This document shows positions 24,324-38,505 of a stretch of DNA of 64,000 nucleotides, in pieces. The stretch spans positions 125,426,001 through 125,490,000 of the forward strand of contig OX597816.1 of the NCBI GenBank assembly GCA_951406725.2, in the 5' to 3' direction. Positions within the stretch are counted from its first letter, which is position 1. Each line of letters begins with the position of its first letter. A program made the translations under genes and the position numbers. The DNA is from Octopus vulgaris. Taxonomy: Eukaryota. A model generated the notes under the pieces. The model made no database searches. It saw only the letters and a list, made by a program, of their open reading frames with translations, and was not told where the DNA came from.

Positions 24324-26520
24324 CATGGTTGATTGCAGACCAGTTAGCATTGTGAAGATTCATGAGATCGAAGGGTGTGAGGGACAGAGATCACTCAGAT
24401 GATCAATTGGCTGCCTGAATCTTAGGCGACAGAGAACCATATCGTGGTCGGAAAGAGACTTTTCCATCGTAATACCGTGGATATTGTTTGTGTGGTTGCT
24501 TAGCACTAAGCCCAGAATGTTCTTATTGAATCTGTTGGCACGAGCACTAGATGGGACAGGAAATTCATCCATAAATTGAAATAGCGATTCCACTGCGGGT
24601 TTGTCTGAAGTGGAAATGCACGCGCCAGTTTTCAGGGTATGAGTAGCCCAGTTAACACAGGGGAAATTGAAGTCACCCATCATTAAAATATTATCAAGAT
24701 GACATTGTTGAACGAAAGACTTGATATTCGTGAGACAGTCTTTGAAGCACAACAGTGGTGCATGAGGTGGCGTGTAGAGCCCAATTATTGCTAAATCATT
24801 CGTTTTCTTGTAGACAGATACTGATTCACAATAGCCATTGAAAAGTGAGACATTTGTTCTGCAGTAAATAAGTCATGTAGGAAAATGATAACTCCTCCTT
24901 TTCTTCTACCGATGCGGTCGGCTCGGAATGTGGTGAAATTCCTTACTTTCACTTCAGCTTTCAAGTGGGAGTTGTCAAGTTGGGTTTCAGTAAGGATGAA
25001 GAAGGAAATGTGATGAGTGTGATCAATGAATTGGGTCTTTCATCATTTTGCATGGAAGCGGGTACAGATGACTAGAACATTCAGTAAGAATGTTGAGACT
25101 GGAGTAGTGGCCTAGTTAGACATTTTAGAGGCCTCGGTAGAGATTTATGGGTTAATGGTAGTGAGGAGGGTAGGTTTTGCATTGAGGTAGCGGCAGAGGT
25201 TGGTTCTGTGTGATAGCTAAGATACTCTTCTGCATCTCTTTAGCTAGGTTCCGCATGGATAAAAAAGAAAGATTAACCTGGTTAAAAACTTCGTACCTGG
25301 AGTTGTGTTTACATTCACAGTTATGTTGGATGCTTCTACTGCTTCGAATGGATGTTCTCCAGTTTCCTGAGCTGTTGCGGAAATTCGTGCCATTAGATTT
25401 GTTTTTGTTTTTACTTGTTTGTGTTCACGTTGGGAGTGTGCTTATTACCAAGATTGTGGGAAAGGTGCGCACCGATGCTGCTGCAACAGGGTGGATATTT
25501 GTGGAGTGGATTTTGGTGATGGCTAGGAGTATTGTTTTTCATGGTACGTCGAGGCCCAGGGAGATGGGTAACATTACAATCTTTCTATAAACACTCTCTC
25601 ACGCTGGGTGTAACGGCAGATTTTAGGGTTACGATTTCTTGATTTTGGTGGTGTTGCAATAATAGAAAGGAAATTGTGGGGATAGTTTCTATTGCTTGAG
25701 CGTCTTGTTCCTGGAAGATGAGTGAAATTACAATCGCGGTTTGTACATAGCCTTTCGCGTAGGGAGTGGTGGCATATTTTTGGATTGTGATTTGAACTTG
25801 TGATTGTTGTAGAGGGGAGTGGATTGTAAATAGTTTGAGATTTAAAATTGTTTGACTTTAATGGTGATAGGGTAGTGGGGACTGGAGAAGGGGAATAGAG
25901 CAGTGGTTGGTTTTGTACACTGGCCGAGATAGTAGTAGTAGCAATGGTACTTGAGTTTATTAGTGAAGCTGTGATAGAAGGATACGGAGGAAGTAAGAGT
26001 GGTTGGGATTAGTCACTGGCAGAAGTAGAATGGAATGTTTGACTTTGGCCACTAAGAGTAGTAGCAGTAGTAGGAGGAGAAGATGAAGAAGGGAAAGAAG
26101 TGGAGGGGTAAGTAGCAGTAGATGATGGAAATGGTGATGACGACGATGATGGTAGTGAGTCTATTGCGGTAAGGTGGTCATGGTCCCATTGTTGTTCTTT
26201 TAGCTGCTGATGTGATTGTTGTAGTTGTTGTTGTTCATCATGGGCTGTGATGGATAAAAAATTTCGAGCTAGTTTATCCACGTGGTTACTCACGGTGCGA
26301 TACGAAGTAGAGTTATGCTTCAGTTTATTCTGTATTTGTCTCTCGTTTCGGTTATTAAAGAGATGAACAACCCTTTTAGCAACGAGATTGAAGTTTGAGG
26401 CATGTATGTTATCAGTTTGAAAGAAAATGAACCATGAGTTAATGAGAGTATCCACTTCAATATCCGACCGGTTGCGACTTTTAAAGACGTGTTGTGTTGG
26501 CATTTTTTTTTTTGTTACTG
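23560..26520 (-). mobile_element. CR1/L2-group LINE 5' half: ORF1 with CCCH fingers, APE endonuclease, linker
   Basis: APE motifs ILTETQL, MGDFNFP and SDHDMV. Linker is homologous to 6820-7250. ORF1 region has a Ser/Thr-rich tract and PKICHHSLRERLCTNRDCNFTHLPG. Confidence 0.82.
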
Positions 26521-26899
26521 TTGATATTCCTGTTGCTGTAAACTATTTATGATTGTTTTTCAGTGTCTCCGATTTGTTGTTGGTTGCTTAACCAAGTTGT
26601 TTGTACAACAAAAAATATAGATAATAACAGTAAATATAGGTAATAAATATAGATGATAACACCAAATAAGGACAGAAATAAACAAAATATTTAAAATATT
26701 AACTTCTGTGGTGTATTGAACGGTAGTAGACATTGATACTCGTATATGTTATAATGTTGAGATAATGTGAAATATGTGTTTGTTAATAGGAATATGGGGC
26801 GGAAGTAAAGTAAATGGACCGCACCCACATTCAGATTTTTTTTACAGGAACCCACTATATCGAGTGCGAAGGTTCTGAATCTCAATTTTTAAAAATTGG

Positions 26900-27790
26900 G
26901 TGGGGGGGCGAAATACGCAGAAAAATACGGAGGTTTTGAATCTTAAAGAAAATATGTAAAATTTCAATTTTTTGAAAAATAAATAAATACCCCCTCGCCC
27001 TATGACAAGAAGTGAAATGAAAGTATCTAAACAGAAAACCTGCTAGAAACACGTTATTCAAAATTTTAATACGAATTTAAACCCCATCACCCACTAATTT
27101 CTTAATTTTTCACTTATTTTAGAAATATTTTTTGGCGAAATACGAAGAAAAATACGGAGGTTATGAGTCTAAAAACAAAATTGTTTATAAAATTTCAATT
27201 TTTCGAAAAGCTAGAGCGGCCAAAGGTGAGCTGTTCTCTACTACGTCCGAATATATGTATACACAATCTGCGCTAGTGTATCATTTTTAAAATTGAAAAC
27301 ATTGGCTTTGGAGGAACGTTTTTCTAACTTCAACCTGCAACCAAATTATTCTCCTTATTATTCAAAATTTTTTTTACTTTTCGTTACGACTTTTTAGTTT
27401 TGAACTTTTTGTTTGAAATTTTTGAACTTTTAATACGTTTTCATCATTCTCGGAAGATAGGTTGCCCCCCGACAACAAGAGGCCAAAAATTTATATGAGA
27501 AAAAATTCATTAATTATTTAAAGAAAATCGGCTCGTTGTTAATCAGTTGTAGTGTAAATATGGGTATGAAATGGACATAAGGCCTTCGCAGCGTGCAACA
27601 GACGGAGTGGAATGGGGGTGTAGTAACTGTCGGAAAAGAGTTTCAATCCGAAGGGATACATTTTTGGAGAGAAGTAAACTTTCTATTTACCAAATATTTC
27701 ATATCATATTCGACTTCATTTTCGAAATGCCGGTAACCAATTCTATGTGTGCAAACAATGTAAGTAAAGTGACTGCAATACAAGGTGTGA
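26900..27790 (+). mobile_element. Merlin/IS1595-like DNA transposon remnant with internal direct repeats
   Basis: DGVEWGCSNCRKRVSIRRDTFLERSKL matches the N-terminal zinc-ribbon motif of ISXO2/Merlin transposases. ~70-bp direct repeats at ~26907 and ~27134. Confidence 0.6.
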
Positions 27791-30479
27791 ATATTGCTAT
27801 GAAATCTTTTTGTAGCGTGATATGTACTCTCATAATGCATAATTTGGGTACTACTTTTAGAACGGTTTCAGCATCAAATATCCATGTAAAGAGAGAATTT
27901 ATACCTCGAATATTTCTCTATTACTTTGTACCATGAAATACGACGGCGTTACCTACAAGGATTTTTCTTAATATATTTACATAGTTTCAATGCATTTTCG
28001 TTATCGTAATTAAATTGGTAGTTCCTTCTAATTTCCTCTTGGACTGAACCGCTAAATTTACATTTTACTATTGGCATGCGTCTCAATTCAAAATCAATAA
28101 TTTTAATCTATTTTCTTATTGTGGAGAATGAGATCATTTCTTTTCAGTTCATTAAAACACCTTAATATCACGTTCTTCATGTGTCGAAAGGTTATTTACA
28201 AACAACAATTGGATTATATGTATACACATTGTCACATTATGTATTATATTATCAAATTATCTGGTGACAAAATTTGTAACTATTTAATGTTGTTTGCAAG
28301 TTCAGTTTGTAAGTGTGATATGCTTGAATGTAATTTATTCCTACCAAGTTTACTCTTATAATAAATCTTTCAACTGAATTTTGGCAGGTTGATATCAATG
28401 CAAATTAATGTGCGTTAAGAAATAATTAAAGTTCTGATGAAGCAAATTAATGACTGAGTTCCCATTTCTAGTTGAGGAATAAAGCTATACAGAGTATGTT
28501 AACCAATATCACTCTTATAGACAGAGCGACTGAAAATGCATTGCGATGTATTGCATGTTTCACTCCCACACCAGTGCTCAACAGAATTCACGTTACATAC
28601 TCTTTGTTTACTTCTCAACGAATACTACAACAAATTACAAACATTTTACTTATTCAGCGCTCCTGCAATGAAACAATCTCTACTCGCTAGCTCAATCCGC
28701 TAAAAAAATACATCAAAATCTTTAAAAAATTTAATAATACGTAAATGTATTGGATAGCCATGTACGGAATATGCATCAGAAAAGACGGCAAGTTGCTCAA
28801 CATTGAAATGTCGGTGAGCAATGGAAATTCCGGTCTGCTGGCACAAATCAGGACAACTTGCATATTCGAAATTACATGGTACCAGCGCTTGTACACCATC
28901 AAAGCAACAAAAGAAAAATACTAAGCTTGATGCTTCATATGCTTTCCAGACATTTGTACATTACTGCATATACTCTGACAAGTTGTGGTGCACCAGAGCA
29001 CTATATACAATAATTTCATTATTTATTTCATATGGACATGCAAAATGTGAAGTCTCTTGTTGCCGATATAATAATTGTTGTTATTCCCGAGAAGACAATC
29101 AATAACCAACATCAATCTAAAAGATTGTTGGTATTTACAGCAGAAAATTAAGAAAATATAAATAAACTATCAACGCAATGTTTAAAAGAATTAAGATTAC
29201 ATCTATTTGGAAAGCAAAAATGAAGAGAATTCCGTAAAACAGATCTTATACGAAAGAACAACACAAGAAGAAAAAGAGAAATTCTTCTCTCCATAGGTAA
29301 CAACTAAAGTGAAAGATGGGAATTTGTAGAAATTCACGTCACTCGATTGGTAACCGTAGGAGGAGAACAAGAGAATAAAGTTCGGCAGAACAACGACCAT
29401 GGAAGTATTTATAAATCAGAGATAAGCAAGTAATACTTTGGTGAAAAGAGAGTGTTTGAGGTCTAACAGCTAAAACAGTGCCAAAAGTGATATAAACTCG
29501 CTTTTGAACTCGATCAAGGAGAGAAAGATCTACCTCAGTGACCCTAACGCTACGTGCTCAATCACCCTCTAACACCTAGACATATTGAACATATCAATCA
29601 TATCCAAGAACACTTCTACTACCACCAAATAATACTATTGATCAACTCAGTCTAAGAAACCGAAAACAGAATATACACACGTATATTACTGCAGTATAAA
29701 TAGATTCACTCCAAACACAGTCCCGGGTTGTATATTACTAAAGATAAATCCTGTGAAATGGCAATTGTACCGTTTTCATATTGTCCACATTATTGGCTTC
29801 TACTCTGGCTGACGCAACAATACCGATTTCAATTTTACACGGCAGTTAGGTTTGCTGGAAACAATAGCCAAATATACTTTAATTCATCACTTGCCGTATA
29901 TTCAAATGTTAGAATTAACGTTAATTAAAGTAATCCTGGCATACAATATTCGGAAAAAATATTATGGTCATGGCTAGAACGGATTTGGTCACCTCTTCCT
30001 GAACAGAGCAAACTGCAGGCTAAATAACTTCAAGAACAAATATATATATATGTATATATATATATATGAACTAAACATACTTGATAGTGCATGATCACAG
30101 TCAAATTTCATAGTGTTGTGTTCAGTATGGCCTCGAGTAAGGTCGGGGGACATAATCGTTCAAGAAACTACTTCACTACTTCTTACATTTAGTTGATCAG
30201 AACTAAACATTATTAGAACGAAAACATTATTCCAATCACATCAATTTATCAAAGGGATCAGTTTTGGATACGCTTCGTCCAGAAGGCTCAAACTATACAG
30301 CCTAAACATAAATAATATAACCGCTAAAATATTCTCTCTTTCTCTCTCCCTCCCTCTCTCTAATTCTAGACTTCTGCATGTATGTATTTTTTTCTCCTTA
30401 TCTGTCTTTTGCAAATTGAATTTGAAACACTGTACTTTATGTCCCATCACGTAAGGACAAAATGTTATGCCTTGCCATA

Positions 30480-30960
30480 TATCGCTCAAACACTCATATT
30501 TTCAATATTTAAAATATGAAGGTACAGTTCATAAATCCATTTTTCATCAACTTCATGCTCTTTTTCTCCTCGGTGTATCATTCTACAGAGTTAGATATGC
30601 TAAGATTTTCTCTCTTCTTATTCACAAGCGGCCGCCATAAATACTCCCCATGCTTCACTTATTTCTTGTGTCAGAAGATTACACTATAGACTTCATGTAG
30701 TGTGTGCCAAAGAGGCTGAATGTTAGCACAACTTATTAGCACTAGTATACCAAAATTTCTGTAATATCTTCCATCCTATCCTCTGTTCTTTGTTGTCGAA
30801 TTTACTGCTATTTATAATACCAAGTTTTACTTCTCTTTAACCTTCTGCATGCATCGATAACATGCAACCTAAACACTTTACACCGGGCATACTTTGATTA
30901 AAATAAACAGAGCATCTCAATCTCGGTATAAAACCTAGCTTCCTTTAATATCCCCTAGGA
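30480..30960 (-). mobile_element. Ancient RTE-like RT C-terminal relic
   Basis: KCLGCMLS..EG*REV, then LL..SEAWGVF and LHILNI, in the order expected for YLGS..EV, LLYGSEAW and CLRRIL. Confidence 0.35.
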
Positions 30961-31753
30961 ATGCAGTAACTTGCTCTCTTGGCATATGAAATACATAATT
31001 AAACATTGGAAGTCGTTATAAATACTTCAACTTCTAATCTCAACTGGTCTACGTAAGTGAGTCTAAAAGAAAAATCAAAACTTGATAATAAAAATGTGAT
31101 TTATTTTAACGCAAACCGTAGTTTAACTCTAATCAATATCTGATTTATTACAACTCAAGTAAAAAATAATTACATTAGAAGATTACTCCGAAAGCTACGA
31201 GACGATACCATTGCTAGCTATACTGATGTCGAAGACCATTCCACAGATTGCCTAAGAAACTACCTTACGAGACAAGAAAAGTTATGAAAGTTACTGGACA
31301 TTACACCACCTTTTCTGACTAGCTTAGAAAGAATAAGCTATTTCAATTTACTTATGAAACTAAATTCTCGCCTGAAGAAAGGAACAACTTTTATATAATT
31401 GCATTTCCTATCTCCTATAAATCTACAGCTTTCTACTTGCATACGTAAGTAAGATATATTAAGTCATGTGAAAATACCTGAGAGAATAACAGACACATTC
31501 GAAGATTCAGATATTGAAGAATTTACGAGATTTCCTGTCTAACAACGTATTTATAATAAACAAACGTTAGAAAATAAATATAAAAATTACACGAGGAGAT
31601 ATGTCGCAACATTGATATATGAAAAAGTAAGAAAAGGAAGACTAGTTCATTTAATAGCCGATTTATATGAGGCATTGTACAATGCATAATAATACAGTGG
31701 TATATAGGTGTAAACTGAGTGGCCTCAGTAAAAGTTAAGAAGAGCAGATATTT

Positions 31754-32424
31754 ATACAAACAATTTCTAGACTGTCGCTGTGGAGGATACTATGTTCTGC
31801 ATACTGGGAAAATTTAGGGTTAAAGTATGCAACGAAAAGCGTAAGAATATAATAAAAACAGCATAAAATATTCAAGAGAGAGTAAACTTGAAGAAGGCTA
31901 GAAGAAATATACTGATGCAGTATAGGTCCATATAAATGGAAACAAAAACTACAGAAATAAACACTTTCCAAGCATGTGCTGCGTTTTATAGATTAGTGTA
32001 TAAATCAATGCTGTCATGTGTGTATCCGTTGCACGAAAATAATATATAAATGAATTAGACGTGATCAGAGGAGCGAAATATTTCAGTATACCACAAGCAA
32101 AGGAAACAGACTTTACTTCTGAAAAGGTGTTGCAGATATCAAAACTAGTATGTGTTATTGAAGTAGGAGGATATATAGTTTATGTAACTAGGAAAATACT
32201 ATATCACGTAAGCACAATAAGCGCGTGTTTCGATAAAAAGAGAACATCGCTTTAAAACAGAATTAACTGCAAATGAGGTCAGCTTATGAAAACGAAAGGA
32301 AAATACATATAATATATAATTTATAAAAGATCGTTATTCTTATATCCAGAAATTAACAAATAATTTTAAAGAGATACTTTTTAGAAACAGTAGAAGTTTC
32401 TTTTTTTATCTCTTTGTCAGGAGG
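31754..32424 (+). repeat. 671-bp direct duplication, copy 1
   Basis: Identical by eye to 39895-40565; the ORF track shows identical peptides. Confidence 0.93.
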
Positions 32425-34999
32425 GAAGCCTGTGCCAGTGACCATAATAGAGCCCCCAAGATTGATAGGTTGGAGGAAGGAATTTTTTCCTCAAGCTAAA
32501 ATGCTGGCATAAATGATTACAAAGAGAGTGGAGCTCACACGGTGCTAGAAGGTGATGTAAACCCAGAAAACAGGTTACGTTTATTACTCAAGTGAGCCAT
32601 GGATGGATTTGATCTTAGAACTCAAAGAGCTGAAACAAATACCACTTGTTACGACGTTCTTACAGTCATACCAAACCACCGCCTTAAAAATGCTACTATT
32701 TTGTTGACCAGGGATGGATAAAGTGTAAGGTCTATCTAGGTGATATTTTGATTCAGAGTTCAGAGATTCGAAACAAATATCATAATACTTCCAGTCCGAC
32801 GGTCAATAATTTAATATACGTATTTAGATTGAAATATGCTGTAATAAATTTAGCATTTTCCCCACTACGTTCTGTCTTTAAAGGCTGTCCTAATGGAAAT
32901 ATAATTTTCTTCACTCTAGAGACACTTCCTGATCTCTTTTGTGCACTTTGAGGCCCTAGACACAACAAGACGTTCAAGACTTAACTTATGTTTGCTGTAC
33001 AGTGTTACCTGTAGAAATCCGTTAGTATATAAAATGGTTGTTGTTAAGTTAGATGAGAATAGCATTGTAGAACGAAACTTTTATTCACGAAAAGATTAAC
33101 TTAAAAAACACTTTGATAATGTCGAATATTCCTTACAACTTTCAAAATGTTGCAGTTCATACATACATACGCGCATACACACACGTGCATATAAACGCAC
33201 GCACACACACACACACACACATATAAAACAACTAAACCAGTTGTTAAGATGATATTTAATTGGATAGAGTAGAGGAAATCCAGGACAGTTTTATAATTAT
33301 ATGAAAAGGCAATTTGAAGAGCTGTTTCCTTATCTGCAACCCAATCATCAAGAGTAAGAAAGAAAGAACGCCATAGCTTTCTCTAAATATTTAAGAAGTA
33401 CGGTATATTGGAATGTGGATAAATTTGGCAACCTATGTCAACAGTTTAACACACTGCACCATACAAAAACGGAACAAACCAATTTCTACTCTGCAGCACT
33501 CATGAATATCACATTGTATTTCAACAACGTACCATGATAAAGAAAAACGAGAGTATATTCAAATGATGTCTCAAAAATAACTTCCATCTAGTGAACAATA
33601 AAAGTGAAATGAAATCCGACAGATCTACCGAACGGAAATGACATAGAGCTCGGTCACTAGACAAATTGGAATTTCAGAACGCAGGCTATGTCACTACGGT
33701 AAAAGTAAAAAATACACTGGTTACTATTTTTAATAGGCCTCCATGCTAGCTAAAGACGGCTAACTGACTCGAAACTTAGTAATAATGATAATTGAAAAGT
33801 AACCTGTTTTAGCTGAATAAAAATGTATCATTTTGCATCTGATATTGCAAATATACAGATACATGCACGCATATATGCGTGAGAGTGTGTATTTCTATAT
33901 GTGCGGGTGCGTTCGTGTGTGTGCGTGTGGTTCTGTGTGTGTATGGTTGTGTGAGTGAGAGAGAGAGAGAGGGAGGTAATACAGGGTACATTTCAAAGCG
34001 TCCAGAAGCAAAATTATTTGATGAAAGAGTTCTATGAATTTTCATTTATAAACAATTGTTGCTACAACATGAGTTCAAAAACAAAAAAATAAGTCAATAA
34101 GAATGAATTTTTGATAAAATCTTACAAAAAAATTAGACAATGGTACTCATTAGCAGTTAACTGGTCACCAAATCAAATTCCGCATATTATGAACACATTG
34201 CTATCTTCCATGTTCCTGGTAAACGTGATGAAGACAGGACAGCAACAAGTATGAGAAAATATACAAATAATTAGGTACTGCAAATATTTAAGTCTGTCGA
34301 CTTTCAGAAGTCAACAAACGAAACACTCGATGGTTGACCAGCAATATTAAACAGTGAATGTCTTTCAACTAGGATGAATAAAACAACTAAGCAGAAACGA
34401 GTGTGAATAATGTAATATTAAGAGGAAATAAGGTAATAGCTCATTGGACTTAAGTCCTTGAACAAAGATAAATATGTAAGAGAAACGTAGTTTCCAGATC
34501 CGTGATCAAAACAAAATATATTTGCACACAGTAGAATCGGGGAAAGACAGAAATTTATCGTCGGAAAAGTTAGAATGAAGCAGGGAAGGGGAAGGCTGGA
34601 AGAAAGTCAAGGTAAAGAGAAAGAGAAGGGAAGCGAAACAGAAATAGAGAGAAGAGAAACACTAAAGGCGATAGGAATGGTGCAGGCAATTGCTGAGAAA
34701 TAAACTTGTTAATGTGAGCAAAATGGCAGCGAGACATTAAGAGCAAAGTGAAGAAAGATTAAGCACAGAGAACTGGTAAAAATGCGAACAATATAAGTAG
34801 TAATGTTAAACACCTCGTCCTTTTCTGACTATTTTCATTATATGGCATATTTTAAATTTATGTAACGTTAGATGTATCTCATGGCCCCAGGTAATTTATA
34901 TCTATTTACAATTAATTCCTGAGTACTTAGCGTGATTTATATTTCGTTTTGATAAGCTGATTTCTGCAATTTCTAGTCCATATAAGCATATCCTTTATT

Positions 35000-35953
35000 T
35001 TTCATCTTTTACTTGTTTTAGTCATTCAAGTGCAGCCATTCTGGGGCACCACATTGAAAAATTTTAATCGAACTTATCGATCCCAGTACTTATTATTTTT
35101 TTCGTAAAGCTTGGTACTTATTCTATCGGTATCTTTCACCGAACCACAAAGTTACGGAGACGCAAACACACCAATACCGGTTGTCAAGCAGTCGTGGGGG
35201 ACAAACACACATGCAAAGATACATACACATAATCCATGGTAGATTAGAATACTTAGCTAAGAGAGAAGCGTTATTACTTTAAATGACCACAAGCCCAATT
35301 TTCATGATAATCCTACCTGTAAATTGTTAAACCCAGTGAAATCTGAAATTGGGCTAGTAGCTAAAAATCAATACTTAGAAATATTAATATTAGAATTAGG
35401 GAAATTACTGTGCTTCAACAATGGAATAACAGTTTTACTGTAATAGATTGGTTTAAGAATATTAAGAATAAGAATAAAGCTAAATTTACCCAGTCTAATA
35501 TTATAGACTTTTATCCCCCTTTATCTAGATCGCTGCTTGATAAAGCTATTGAATTTACTAATTCATATGTTGATATTGACCGTATAGATTTAGATTTTAT
35601 CAGGCATGTAAGGAAAACACTACTGTTCATTATAGGATTAGCATGGGTAAAAGACTCGCATAGTGACGAACTATTTGCTGTATCTATGGGGTCATATGAT
35701 AATATTGATGTCCGTGATTTTGTGGGTTTATTTATATTAAACACAATGAGATATAGATACCTAGCTCATGATATTGGCCTATACCGTGATGATGGTTTGG
35801 GTATTTTCCATGCGTGTGATGGTCACACCCTTGATAGATTTAGGAAGTTACTAATTTTCTACCTTTAATCAATAAGGACTTAAAATTACTAATCTCTATT
35901 GTTGATTAGACACTCCTAGACACTTTCCAACTACCCACAGATATAGGAAATTA

Positions 35954-35997
<44 letters not shown>

Positions 35998-36145
35998 CGG
36001 GCTTCTTTCAGTTTCCGTCTACAAAATTCAGTCACCAAGCTTTGGTCAACTCGAGGCTACAGCAGAAGAGACTCACCCAAGGTGTCACGCTGTGGGACTA
36101 AACACAGAACACTGTAGTTGAGAGTCAAACTTCTTACAACACAGC
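35000..36145 (-). mobile_element. tRNA-headed SINE interrupted in its microsatellite by a PLE fragment
   Basis: Tail half 35000-35230 and head half 35996-36145 match the 22025 and 37412 family. Confidence 0.75.
35235..35955 (+). mobile_element. Penelope-like reverse transcriptase fragment
   Basis: TLNDHKPNF..LLNPVKSEIG, QWNNS..VIDWF, IIDFYP, VSMGSYD..VGLFIL and GLYRDDGL. Ends in (TA)n. Confidence 0.85.
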
Positions 36146-37411
36146 GAAGTCATATATGATGCCTTTAGTAATTTAATTTGATAACCAAACAATTTATCTC
36201 TTTATATATTTATGTATTCCGGAAATTTTGAATGAGAATTCCATGTAACCCACCGCTATATGTATACCGATCACAAAAGATACCTTTTCAAACAGGCGGA
36301 ACTATCTTGTCACAAGAAAAAAAAACCCAGAAAAAACAGTTTGTATGTGATAACTTCATTGTATGTGGTAGCTTCATTTAAAATAAAACACTAGAATTAT
36401 ATGGAAGCTCCGAGTAATTTATGATTACTCATAATTAAATACATGGTGAGCAATTTTAGTAAACAAAAACACATTTCGATTGGTCAAGTTCAGTTGTAAA
36501 TTATGGAGCTCATGTGAAATATATTATTAGACAAACAACTCCCATATTGTTATTCCTACAAGCACATACACACATACACAGTTTCATATATATATATATA
36601 TATATACATGAACGGATGGATACATGGTTGTATTATGGGTGTGTTTATTTGTGGATAAATAATTTGCTATATTATCTGTCATGATAGCTTTTGCGGTATG
36701 ATTAAAAATACTATCAATACTTCAATTAAATTACATTACGAACGCTGTTGTCTGATTTAGACTTACACAAGCACCATGTTAACATATATTTATTTATGTA
36801 CGCCATTTCAAATGACAATCTTAAAATGTGAAAGGTATTGAAGTCACGATATTCAATACACCTTCATCGCTAACTATTGTACTCCGTGTCTAGTCAAAGG
36901 AAAATATATATTTTCTGTAATAATTAAATTCTTTTGCGATGCTATTTGTAGTTTTTAGTTGATTACAGCTTTTCCAACAAAGCGTCTTGTTCTGTCTAGT
37001 AAAACGCTGTCATTATTTTAATATTTGCTTTAACATTCAATTTATCTCAGTCTAATTTTTGTTTCAATTTTATTGCAATACAATATTATTGCTTCTCATA
37101 TTTTCCACACCCGCTCATGACAGAAGTTAAATTGGTTCGATAACAGTGGTAATCTAGTGAGTCTAATTTTCCGATTTTCCTCTACTACAGAGTTATATGC
37201 CATGAAAAATACTGAAAATAGGAGAATCGCACATATATTCTATATATTGTATGAATACGTTGTTTGCAATCATTTTCATTCTCTTAAAGATTTTGATTGC
37301 TATAATGTTGAAATGCAATTTTGTTTCCTTAACTCTAAAATTCTTCTCTACTTATTCAGATGACAATTTAAAATTTTCTCTTTCATAGCGCAGGCGTAGC
37401 TATGCATCTAA

Positions 37412-37866
37412 GCGCAGGCGTACCTGTGTGGTAAGAAGCTTGTTTCCCAACCATGTGGTTTCAGGTTCAATACCACTACGTGGAACCTTGAGCAAGTATC
37501 TTCTACTATAGCCGTGGGTCGACAAAAGCTTTGTGAAAGGATTAGGTAGACAGAAAGTGAACAAAGCCCGTTGAATATGTGTGTGTGCTTGTGTGTGTGT
37601 ATGTGTGTGTGTGTGTGTGTGTATGTGTGTGTGTGTATTTATGTGTGTAGGTCTGTGTTAGTTCCCCTGGCTATCGCTTGGCAGCCGATGCTGGTGCGTT
37701 TATGTCCCTGTAAATTAGCGGTTCGGCGCAAGAGACCGCTAGAATAAGCACTACGCTTATAAAAAAACAAGTCCTGAGGTAGATTTCTTCGACTAAAACT
37801 CTTGAAGACGATGCTCCAGTATAGTCGCAGTCAAATGACTGCCGCAAATAAAAGAATAAAAGAATA
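37412..37866 (+). mobile_element. Full-length tRNA-headed SINE with internal (TG)n and (AAAAGAAT)n tail
   Basis: GCGCAGGCGTACCTGTGTGGTAAG..GGTTCAATACC head; a partial head duplication lies at 37387-37400. Confidence 0.82.
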
Positions 37867-38080
37867 TGAGCTACGCTGCAACATATCAGCAAATAGACTC
37901 CAATCTAGTTGAATATAATTCCCAGACAAGCGATTTATTTCGTTAAGAGGTGATCCGAGTACATGGTATTGATCAAGCGCAATAATAGCAGCATATTGGT
38001 ATCTACCATTTCCGATCACTTCATATCGGGCTGTCGCGCCCGGTTTGAGACACTTGGCATTATTTAACACTTGCTGTTAT

Positions 38081-38505
38081 GTAGGGAGCTTTCACTGGAC
38101 GCTATACTGCAGTAAATGGGGATTTAAATAAAACACATGCACAAGGTATGTACGACCGACAATGTTTACATTACTTAAGCTGCTTTTAAATCGTAATTTA
38201 ATTTTTTTTCGCATGTGTTACGCTTCGACATATCAATAGATTCCACTCTATTTGGCATATAAGTTTCAGACTAGTGATTCATTTCGTTCTGAGGTCGTCC
38301 GAGTGCATAGTACCGATAAGCCGCAATAATGGCGATATATTGGTAACTACGACTCCCGATCACTTCGAGGCAAGTTGTCTCGCCTGGTTGGAGTACTCGA
38401 TGTTCTTTAACACGCGGCGTCACGTAGGGAGTTTTCCCAGAACGCTATCCCGCAGCAAACGAACGTTTAAATAAAACACATAAATTTTGTATATGCGACC
38501 GATAA
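38081..38505 (+). repeat. Diverged ~80-bp direct repeat pair in a CpG-richer segment
   Basis: GTAGGGAG..ACGCTAT..GCAG..TTTAAATAAAACACAT..CGACCGA at 38081-38160 and 38424-38502. Confidence 0.65.

Noticed and set aside
23130-26520. Twin-priming inversion of a single LINE
   Set aside because: The inverted 5' half lies downstream of the 3' tail, the wrong geometry; independent insertions are more likely.
29125-29720. Possible solo LTR (TG...CA ends, TATA-like box)
   Set aside because: No TSD, no second copy and no adjacent PBS or PPT.
31735-32255. Duplicated short ORFs as a gene pair
   Set aside because: They simply lie inside the 671-bp duplication and show no recognisable motif.
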